A stretch of DNA of 64,000 nt, from the NCBI GenBank assembly GCA_002189035.1, contig NEEC01000009.1, forward strand, positions 1-64,000, in the 5' to 3' direction. Position 1 is the first letter of the stretch. Each line of letters opens with the position of its first letter. The notes under the pieces were generated by a model that was not told the origin of the DNA, ran no database searches, and saw only the letters and a program-made list of their open reading frames with translations. The translations under genes and the position numbers were made by a program. This document shows, piece by piece, positions 53,517-64,000 of the stretch. Origin of the DNA: Utricularia gibba. Its lineage: Eukaryota > Plantae > Magnoliophyta.

Positions 53517-54895
53517 GCTTTGATACCACAATGTCAAGACCCATGCCTAGAACCCAAGAGGCATGAGACATGACTATCAAGTCCCATCTAATATTAGGAC
53601 TTTAGGCAACTTAACTCTTATATAATATAGGGAAATAGCAGAAAGTTGTTACATATACATTTACTCATAATTGCACTAACATGGATAGGAAATATGTCCA
53701 ACCTACATAGCACGCATCTCATAATATAGCTAAAGTTCCTATAGCTATTCAAAGACTTCTCGTAATTGGACAGTCATACTCCTATTTTGATTGATCACCA
53801 GACCTTCAACTATTCCCTACCACATCTAGAACAAGTTTAAAATATAAAGTGATCATGCTACTATAATTTGGTAAAACATGAACATGTATGAGGAAAATAA
53901 AGAGTGTTTGAGCATCATATCTCAAGAACAAGCACATAACCATATTGTTATTCCCATAAACTATCTTTGCCCAAATCCCTTGATCCTTCGACTTAGGCAT
54001 CACCTCCAAATGTTAGGAGTTGGGTCGTGTATTGTCCAAGTTTAGGAGTAGTAATCAAAAGAGCCACCAACTAACCATCACATACAAACCTAGACCATAT
54101 CATGCATAAACATGTTCCCAAGTCTTTCTTATTTGACTTATCCCATAAGAATGCCTCAAACATATCTGACATAATTAGCCTTGAATTCCATGGTTAAAAC
54201 CATGTTGTTAGGAGTGTGGGTCTACACCTCTCATCATTTTCTAAGGTATGATCACATAGCACATAAACCAGGCCATTGGAATAATTCTAACACTTCAAAA
54301 TGGTAAAACAAATTTTGAAAACATCAACAAGCAAAAGGTTCTAAATTGTCAAGGCTACTTCAAAAGGAGTTCTAAGGACTCTAAACGAATATTCAAACAC
54401 TAAAAACCAAAAGGACATGCCCTATGGAATTTTAATAAAATGAAGAACCAAGAAGGAAGATTGATTTATAATACAGGGAAGAAAACCCTTCAAAACAAAA
54501 GAAAAAAACACAGAAGCATGTAGTCACATATGTTCTAGATAAGCATGAAAAACATGCTTCTTAAATCAAATAATAGCACTCATCCCACTTACTTTAATCC
54601 CTGCAAAACACCCCTTTCTCATAGCTAAACCCGAAAAAATCTCTTTCTTTTGAGTTGTGTCCTCTAATTTCTTCCCTCTAAAACTCTGGTTTTTAAGGTT
54701 TTCCTCAAAACACACTCAACACCAGTTAAGGTTTCCATGTGGCTTTGCCTTTAGATAACATTTGCATCACTTCTATTAGTTGTTGAAAATAGTCTCCATA
54801 CTGATGTGGATACTTCCCCTTGATTCTATCCATAACTATGACAATTCGAGAGATATTATGCTTAAGGATAGCAATAGAGATTGCAGGCCGCTATA
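53517..54895 (-). mobile_element. Tekay/Del-like 5' LTR with PBS-Met
   Basis: GCTTTGATACCA 53517-53528; LTR from 53532; homologous to 28125-29536. Confidence 0.75.
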
Positions 54896-55845
54896 GCTCA
54901 ATGGAGAAATTGATTTCACTAAGGAGCGAAAAAAAAGAGTGATTACAGGTTGTGCATAGAATGTAGAATGGATTTCTTCTCAAATGCTCTCCTATTATAA
55001 GAGAGGCTCAACTGACCGATTTCTGAGATTGTCAACTAGTTTCTGCACCTAGCAGGGTATGCCGATCTCACATAAATCCTCTTGACAGATAACCACCATC
55101 TACTCTGATCTCTTGCAGTTTGACAGCTTTGTAGTGTCTGTAAAAACATATGGGGTTTGACATTATCCTTTTCTTGTCCCTGCAGGCATGCATGTGTTTT
55201 TTTTGAGTATCAAAGTTCGATTTATGGCCGCTAGTCGATATCATCTAGGTCTATCAGCTCGATGTGGGGCTACGTCCTGTCGTTCATGGAACTACACTCA
55301 ACTATACACTCCTTGCCTTGCTCTTTCATTTGAAAATGAAGAAAGGAGGCTTTGCCCCAGCTATTGCTATCCTTGAAAAAGAAAAAGAGCTCTTGAAGGA
55401 AAGGCTCATTGAGAGCCAATTGGTTCCTCTCCCTTTAGGTCAAGTTCTTCAAACATTTGTTGATGGTATGAGGTATTCGAACCTAATGGTCGATGCATAT
55501 AAAAGACCAATAGCCTGATGTCAACTTCTAGTTCCTTTATAAAGAGACATCTTAAAGATCATATTTGAAAAAAGATTCTGATCATTCCATCATTCTCGTT
55601 AAGAGCATAACCAAAATAGCATAAATTGAGCAGTAGGCCCAACGCGACTAACAGATAATCCAACACTTTACTCTCTTTATATAAGACCAGGAGTCACTTT
55701 CATATGCCCTCTTGACAACATACATTCAGAAGACTACAACCAATATAGGTCCATCCAAAATGCGTTGCTCCCATCTCGTTTCTATACTCTTTAGGTAAAC
55801 TTCACTTGATAGGTTTTGAGATGAAGGGTCACTGAACTAGTGTTT

Positions 55846-56348
55846 TGATGAGATCATGGATACTACAAATTATCCCAATGAAGATAAAGGACACAAGATC
55901 AATAATACTCTATTAAATTCAGTTGGCCCAATTACTAGATCAAGAGCAAGAAGGAATCAAGAATTGCTTAAGAGCTTATGGGCCAATCAACCAAGCTATG
56001 AGATGTTTGGCATGGAATTAAACATTCTCAAAGTGGATCAATTTGATTAGAGAAGGCCCATTATTATCACAACTTTTATTCTAATAAGGCCTAATCCTTC
56101 AGCTATATAAGAAGGCCTTACTCTTATTTTTGACAACTTTGATTGTAATCAATTTTGAGAGCTATTCTCCTTTCTTGAGTTCTTGTAGAACTTCAGACTT
56201 ATCAAGTCTTGTGAGTGTGGTACCATTTCATAGTAAGGTTTTCAAGGATCATTCAATCCTTGAAGTCCAACTTCTTTTTCTTGGGGGATTGCTTCTTTTC
56301 AACCAAGATCTAGTTTGCCAATCACTTGTTGATTGGAGGGTCGTATTA
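55846..56348 (+). mobile_element. CRM type-B solo LTR
   Basis: TGATGAGATC...GTATTA; flanks TGTTT/GGTTT (4 of 5 match); encodes GPITRSRARR. Confidence 0.82.
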
Positions 56349-56589
56349 GGTTTGATTCAAATCGGAAATGTACAATCTTTTCTGGGTAATGGGTAAGTTT
56401 CTCAACTCATTTATTCCTTACTCACTATACAACTAGTCAAAACAAAGGAGCTTTTTCGCCACTTCATAGCAAGTAGGCCTACCTTGAATAAGCAAAAGAA
56501 TGGTAAGCACTCCTAACCCCCGAAGACATTCAAAAGAAGAAGGGAAAGGCACAACATGCAAACCACCCTAGAACTTAATTCTTAGAATG

Positions 56590-57200
56590 TGTTGTTGCAA
56601 GAAAAATAGAGTCTTGGGAAGTAACAAAAAGGTAATGCTTATGAGATCACCTTTGTCAAGCTCAAAGGGATAATCCTAGAAAAGGGATAATCCTAGAATG
56701 CCACAAGCTCAAAGTTTGATAAGTTAAGAGTGTACAAGCACTCAAATAGGAGGAGAATCCTCACCACATACATGAAAAATGACTAAAAGTCCAGAAATAG
56801 AACATCTTCAACAATCTTTGTCTTGCTCCTAGTCATTGGTCCTGGTGGAATCATCTTTGTTTCTAATGTGTTCACTTGGACAAACTCCTCATCATTCTTC
56901 AAATACACTTCATTATCTTCCTGGGGCTCATCATCCCCCCCTACTTTAGGAAGATTCGTCCCTGAATCTGTATCCATGTCGAAAAGAGACAAATCAGCAA
57001 CATTGAAAGTTGAATGAACAGAATACTCACCTGGTAAATCTAGCTTGTATGCATTATAATTCACGCGTCAACAACTTGGAAAGGGCCATCTCCACGAGGT
57101 AGAAGTTTTGACTTCCTCTTGGTGGGAAATCTCTCCTTCCTGAGATGAAGCAAAACCCAATCTCCAGGTTCAAATATAACTTTGTGCGTATGATTAACAA
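56590..57200 (-). mobile_element. Copia LTR stub (56590-56653) joined to a CRM 3' fragment (partial LTR to 56933, PPT, integrase end)
   Basis: ORF 56783-57064 runs from integrase through the PPT into GPMTRSKTK; 16-bp tandem AAAGGGATAATCCTAG near 56664-56697. Confidence 0.85.
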
Positions 57201-57591
57201 GTATTCAATAACAGCTTCAAGAATAAGCATTCTTTCACTTATAGTGCACACTTAATGAGATAAGCTCCTGAGTCTCTATGGGAGGCACATACGATGCAAG
57301 TGAGAATCTTAAGTGATGCTAGAGCACTATATGGAGTGAATGGGAATTGTGAAGACGAGGTTCTTAATATTGTTGATACAAGAAAAAGAGAGTCTTGGGA
57401 AGTAACAAAAAGGTAATGCTTCTGAGATCAATTTGGATGAAAAACGAATCATGAACAATAAGAATGACCAAAACCCCATTGACACGCATTCTTAGTAGGG
57501 TTTATATATACCCAATACCTAGGTTACCCAACAGTGGGCTACAATTATTGAAAACACACAAAAAGCCCAACAACTCGAATCCAACACAAGA

Positions 57592-59200
57592 TTAGTGCTT
57601 CCAATCACCTTCAAACTTTGGATTGAGGCTGATCTCCAACACTCCCCCCAGACCGAGATCTCCCAACTTGAGAAAGTCTTCTATAGTCATGAGATTCATG
57701 TTCTTCCTTGCTAGCTCAAACTGAACTCTGTTCAAACCCTTTGTGAGCCCATCAGCAAGCTGATTCCCACTCTCAACATACTGCACTTTGATCTTCTTCT
57801 CCTTGATGTAATTCCTTATGACATGATACCTGATTCTTATGTGCTTGGCTTTGCTGAAGTTCGTTGGATCTTTGGCAATGGAGATTGCAGCTCGATTATC
57901 CATAAGCAGATGTGTAGGTTCCTTTTGTATGAATCCAAGTTCGTTTAGCATCTGCCTCAACCAAACACAATAGTTCGAAGCATGTGCTGCTGAGATGTAT
58001 TCTGCTTCAGGTGTTGATTGTGGTACCACTTTTTGTTTCTTCGAAAACCAGACTATAGAGGTCTTATTTAAGAAGAAGAGTGCACCAGATGTGTTCTTGC
58101 TATCTTCAGCCATACCATAATCACTATCTGAGTAGCCTCTAAGTTTCAAGACTGGTTTTTCACCTTCATAGGGATAGAACAATCCGAAATCAGTAGTAGA
58201 TTTTATGTACCTGAAAGCTCTTTTCACAGCTGCCATGTGAGTTGTTGTTGGTTTGTTGAGGAAGCGAGATAAGACATTTACACAAAAACACAAGTCAGGC
58301 CTTGTATGCTGGAGATAAATGAGGCTTCCAATCATACTTCTATAAGTAGTGGCATCCACATTCTTTCCCTGATTGTTCTCTCCAATCACTTGTTTGTAAT
58401 CCAAAGGCGTTTTTGAAGGATTGTCATCTTTGAACCCAAACCTTTCAAGAAGTTCATTACAGTACTTTTTCCGAGATATGAATGTTCCAACACCTTCAAG
58501 TTGATGAATTTCCATGCCTAGATAGTATGACATCATTCCAAGGTCAGTCATCTTATTTTTCAGCAGAGCTTTGAATTCATCAATCTTACTTTCATTACCT
58601 GAGGTAATCATAAGATCATCCACATATAACCTAATAAATAAACGATCATCTTCTTTTCCTTTAACATATAGTGAGTAATCACTATATGTTTTTCTGAAAC
58701 CAATACCAAGAATAAAGTTATCCATGCGTTCATTTCATGCTCTAGGAGCTTGCTTCAACCCATAGAGAGATTTCTTTAGCTTCAATACCTTGTCTTCATG
58801 ACCTGACACTTCGAAGCCCTTTGGTTGTTCAACAAAAACAACCTCCTCCAACACACCATTCAAGAACGCAGTCTTGACATCCATGTGATGCACTTTCCAT
58901 CCATGAGCAGCTGAAATGGCAATAAGTACTTTAATCGTGTCAAATCTTGCTACTGGTGCAAAAATCTCATGAAAATTTATTCCTTTGATTTGACTATATC
59001 CCTTGGCTACTAATCTAGCCTTATATTTGTTGATAGAACCATCTGCATTCATCTTGGTTTTGAATAACCATTTGAGGCCAATAGGTTTGAAACCCCTATC
59101 CTAGGGTTTATCAACTAACTCCCATGTTTCATTTTCAAGTATAGAATTCATTTCTTCCTTCATGGCCTCTCTCCATTTCGGATTTTGTACAACCACTTCA
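57592..59200 (-). pseudogene. pol: Copia RT and RNase H (stops and frameshift)
   Basis: [49 protein letters not shown]. Confidence 0.95.
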
Positions 59201-60039
59201 AATGATGTTGGATCTCCTGTCAATAATCCAGCCAAAATATCAGCTACAGCATCTTGGACATCACCATTCAACTTGGAGAAACTTATTATAGGAGCTTTGT
59301 TTCTTTTGCTTCTTCTAATGTCAGTAACATGACAATCTTCATTATCTATTGAATCTCTGATGTTTTTGCGTTTCCTCCTTTGCCAATCACGATCAGATGG
59401 GTAATAATCTTCATCATCAGTATCAGGTTCCTCTCCATCAGATTCATCTGTTGATGAGTCTTCTGCATTCGTGCCTTGCTCCTCTTCTGGGATATCGAAA
59501 TTCCCATCTGAATGCAGATCATTGGCCTGATGAGATTGTCCATATAGGGGTTCAGAGTTTCATTCTGAATTCTCATTGGACGAGTCATCTTGATTTGTTA
59601 CCTTCTCCTCCTCTGGAGCTGGAAAATTCTCATCCGAATACTGATCATTTACTTGATTTGAGTCTTCATGAACGAGTTCTGAAGTTTCTTGGTTTGTTGA
59701 ATTCCTGGAAGAGAAGTTTTGAGGCATGTGTGTCCAGAGGTCTCCTTTCCCATGGGTGCTATACCTTCCATGACTTTTATGAGCTTCTGCATCATTCAGA
59801 GAAATGCAATCATCAATTAAAGTATAACTTGCACCTTCATCAAAAGTGACATCATGGCTGAAGATAAATTTCTTCTGTTGAGGTAGATAAACTTTATATC
59901 CCTTGGTAGCATTGCTATAACCAACAAATACACCAGATACAGATTTCTTATCAAGTTTTCCTCGTTTTTGGTCTGGTACATGAGTAAAACACAGACTACC
60001 AAAGATTCTGAGATGATCAAACTTTTTAATATAAACATG

Positions 60040-62256
60040 TCATTTTTCATGCGCAGTTTTTCCGCTAATCGTCCTTGAGGGAAGCAAGTTCAATAGATAT
60101 ACAGATGTAGATACCGCTTCAACCCAGAAATTCACAGGAAGATCTTTCTCAAACAATAGGCATCTTGACATATCAAGGATTGTTCTGTTTCTCCTTTCAC
60201 ATACACCATTCTGTTGTGGAGAATATGGTACGGTGAATTGATGCATGATTCCCTCATTTTCACAGAACATTCTCATGCTATTATTGTAGAATTCGCCTCC
60301 ATTGTCTGATCTAATCATCTTCAAAGAGTATCCACTCTGATTCTCAATCATCACTTTGAATTTTTGAAAGATATCATGAACTTCTGACTTGCTTTTAAGA
60401 AAGTAAACCCAACAATAACGTGAATAATCATCAATGAATGTAACCAAATATCTACTCCCCCCTAATGAACATTCCTTAAATGGTCCACAAACATCTGTAT
60501 GAACAAGCTCTAATTTCTCCTTCGCTACTGAATCACTGGTATAAAAGAGCTTTCTACACTGTTTACCTTGATGGCACACTTCACATATGGCATTAGCAAA
60601 CTTGATGTCTTTCAATTCCAGTACTTCCTTATTCTTCTGCAATATTTTCACATTGTTGAAGCTATTGTGCCCAAAACGTTTGTGCCAAAGGCTGCTTTGA
60701 TCCTGAAGTGAGAAAATACAACTTTTATGATCACTGACCATGATTTGGTAGAGGTTGTAGGTGGTCAACACAGCATGGAATTCAATCTTCGTTTTTGGAT
60801 CAGCAACCTTAACTTTAGTGGTTATACCACCAGCATCCTTCATCAGCTCAATGTCAAAACCTTGCCTGCTCAATTGGCCAAAGCTCAACAGGTTCTGTTT
60901 GAGGTTTGGTGAATAATAAATATTATCAACTGGAACAATTCCTTCTTTTAGCAAGAGTAAAATGCTTCCTTTGCCCACAATGCCAATATTTTCACCAGTG
61001 CACGTGCTTACCTCCTTCCCAATCCTTTCAAGCTTGAGAAATGACCTTGTATCACAACATACATGATAGGAGGCACCAGAGTCCAAGTACCAGCCTTTAG
61101 CATCTGAGGCTACTGTCATTAGAGCACACTCATACTCAAAAGCATCTTCAAAAGATATTTCTGGCTCATCTTCAAAGTAGGTAAAGGATGCATGTGATTT
61201 CTCTTCCCTAGATGTAGCCTTCTTGTTATGTTCAACTTTTATTGGATTTGACATTCCACATACCTTGTCAAGATGGCCTCTTTGATTGCATTTCGTGCAC
61301 AAACCATCAGGTTTCCACCAACAAAACTCACTCCTGTGATTCTGTTTGTTGGAATGCTTGCAAGCATTTGTGCTTAAAGTCCAACAATCTTCACCCTTAT
61401 GGTTGGATTTGTCACAATGCCTGCACTTCTGATTGCCCATCGTTGATGTTTGGATTGACGTTGGTGATTGTTTGATGGCTGTCGTCTTGACATCCTTGAC
61501 ATTGTTAATTGCACTTGAGGTTATATTCATATTCTGCATTTTGGTGAGGAGAGCAGCTTCACCATAAGTTTTCTCAACTTCATAACCATCTCTTAGTTCC
61601 AATCTCTTTTCTGTAGATTGCAACTCAATCATGAACTCTCTAAATGTTGGCTCTGGTGTAACAGGATATTCAGGATACAGCTGATGGAGCTTTCCTTCAA
61701 TAATGTCAAGGATTTTTCTTTCTGTCTCAAGTGCACATAACTTTGGCTCGAATCTTGCAGGTAGGCTCATGATTGCCTTGCTAATCACCTTTTGATCCTC
61801 AAGTTTTTCCCCCAATCCTCGAATCTCCTTCACAAGCTTCGCAATACGTTCATAATAGACTTGTATGGTTTCATTGTCTAACATTTTGTTCCTCTCAAAG
61901 TCCTCCAGCTTGTTTTTGCATAATATCTCTCTGAGTTTGGCATCGCCTTCATAATGGGATTTGAGAGTATCCCATATTTGTTTTGCTGATTGACACTCTG
62001 CAATATCATCAAATAGATGTTCAGAGATGGATTGATACAAGACATCCATTGCTTCATCTTTTCTCTACTGCAGATACTCAGCTTCCTCTTGCTGTTCTGA
62101 TGTGGATTTGCTTGTTATTGTAATAGCCGGAATCTCCCTTTCAACAACATCCCAAATCTTTCTATCCCGAAGGTAGCTGCGCATCTTTTTGACCCAGCTT
62201 CCATACTCTGAACCATCAAATATTGGAGGTCCTCTACCAGATGCCATCATAGCCAC
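60040..62256 (-). pseudogene. gag: Copia gag-protease-integrase (one TAG at ~62065)
   Basis: PIFDGSEYGSW; zinc knuckles; WYLDSGAS; WHKRFGH..CEVC; HTDVCGP, RSDNGGEF, ERRNR. Confidence 0.95.
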
Positions 62257-62830
62257 CGCTTGACAAGCTTTGGGTTGATACTTGGTAATCTACCAAGTAA
62301 AAAACGCTGAACGGTATATAAAATACTGAAACGAACACAGGTTTGAGAACCTTACTGCTCTGATACCATGTTGTTGCAAGAAAAATAGAGTCTTGGGAAG
62401 TAACAAAAAGGTAATGTTTATGAGATCATCTTGGATGAAAAACGACTCTTGAACAATAAGAATGACCGAAAACCTAATTGACACGCATTCCTAGCAGGGT
62501 TATGACACAATCATTGAAAACAGTGGGCCACAATCATTGAAAACACACAAAAAGCCCAACAACTCGAATCCAACACTTCCATGCTCGAACCCAACACCTT
62601 TTTTTATCTGAAATATGACATTATGACACAAGTTTAGTTCTTCCAATCACCTTCAAGCTTTAGATTGAGGCTGATCTCCAACATTTAGTACCTTCAGAGT
62701 ATCTGACGAATATACCAGCCGACGAACGTTTATCCAGCTTAGACCGCAACTCAGCTGGCACTAGAGTGTATGCTACTGATCCGAATACCCTGAGGTGACC
62801 AACAGCTTGTTTCCTACCATGCCAAACTTC

Positions 62831-63353
62831 TTATGGTGTTATGCCATGCAAGCTGCTTGATGCAATCCAGTTTTGCACATAAACAGCTGTTGCCACTGCT
62901 TCACACCAGAATTGTTTGGGTAGCCTCTTTTCTAGAAGTAAGCAACAATCCATGGCCATGATCACTCCATTTTTCCTTTCCACTACACCATTTTGTGGTG
63001 GTGAGTATGGCACCGTGGTATGGTGTTCGATCCCTTCCTTTCTCAGCTCATCTTTGAAGAGGGTAGAGTTCTCCACCATTATCTGTCCGGAGACACACCA
63101 TCTTACAGCCAGAACTCTTCTCAACTAAGGCTTTATAGTTGAGGTAGTTTTCCAGAGCTTGGCTTTTGTATTTCATAAAGAAAATCCAGCAATATCGAGA
63201 CATATCATCAATAAAAATTATGAAATACCTGCTGCCACCCAGTGATTCTACTCTCATAGGGCCACATATGTCAGAATGCACTAGCTCTAGATGTTTTTCA
63301 GCCCTGAACCGAGCTTGATGTGGATAAGGAACCTGCTTCATCTTACCTTGCAA
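62831..63353 (-). pseudogene. Integrase fragment of a different copia family
   Basis: LELVHSDICGP, LRTDNGGE, TVPYSPPQNGVVERKN; sequence distinct from the main copia. Confidence 0.85.
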
Positions 63354-63882
63354 ACAAATGGCAAAGCAATTTGGTTTTTTAATTTCAAAAGCAATCTAAT
63401 TTTCTAGTATACAAACCATCGGCTTTTCCTGTCAATAAGCAATCTTTTTTTCATTATCAAAATCTACATTTTTAAAGTATCAAAAGTAATCTCTATCAGA
63501 TATTGTTCCTATTATTCTTTTTACATATTTCTTACTTATCATCAAATGATAAATGGAAATTCTAAAAATCGTTGCAATAAAATCAAATTTCTTTATTAAA
63601 ATAAATTTATAAGCTCTAATCTACACAAAATACAAATTCAAGAAACTTTTATAGTTCATTTCAGGGTCGATCAAGGAACCCATTGATACTTGAAAAGTGT
63701 CTTCTACAATGCATGATCGCAGAATAAATGTCACTTTTAGTCTAGGTTCAAATTTTTTTTAGGCATGTTTAAAACATAAAATCAACCTACTCAAGTTAAA
63801 TAAAGTTAATGGGCCATGATTTCCTTGTTCACTAGTAGTACTTTTATTTTGAGTAGGCCCATTTCTCTAACTATATAAGAAG

Positions 63883-64000
63883 TGATGTAACCCTCTAATA
63901 TATAGAGATTAGCAACCCATGAACAAGAGGTGATTTTGAAGCTTAGAAGAGAACCCACCCAAGTCTACCCTCAAGAGAATCAATCTCTTGCAACCAGACT
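63883..64000 (-). mobile_element. 3' end of a CRM type-A LTR (runs off window)
   Basis: Reverse complement of the LTR end ...TAGAGGGTTACATCA. Confidence 0.88.

Larger units (their letters stand above)
57371..62683 (-). mobile_element. Near-complete Ty1/copia (~5.3 kb; Ivana/Ale-like by size and gag), defective
   Basis: 5' LTR 62369-62683, PBS 62357-62368, PPT 57642-57650, 3' LTR 57371-57641 (internal deletion). Domain order gag-PR-IN-RT-RH. Confidence 0.96.

Overview
Gene-free plant (probably eudicot) heterochromatin. Bases 1-~20,580 are about 38 homogeneous tandem copies of a ~536-bp unit, followed by ~1.3 much older copies ending at 21,262. The short ORFs in this array are spurious. Each unit begins with a ~120-nt segment that aligns end to end with the plant 5S rRNA gene (about 55-57% by hand, against a consensus recalled from memory). 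That segment has a C at -1, GCGC near -14 to -11 and a T-run at its 3' end, but decayed A/C boxes and unpaired helices. The best reading is a satellite amplified from a dead 5S rDNA unit. The other 43 kb is a nested LTR-retrotransposon pile: one near-complete CRM-type Ty3/gypsy with many CRM LTRs and fragments, one near-complete ~5.3-kb Ty1/copia with many related pieces, a pol-less Athila derivative carrying an env-like ORF, and Tekay-like and Angela-like LTRs. Satellite plus dense CRM suggests a centromere-proximal position. No host genes, tRNAs, functional rRNA or CRISPR were supported.
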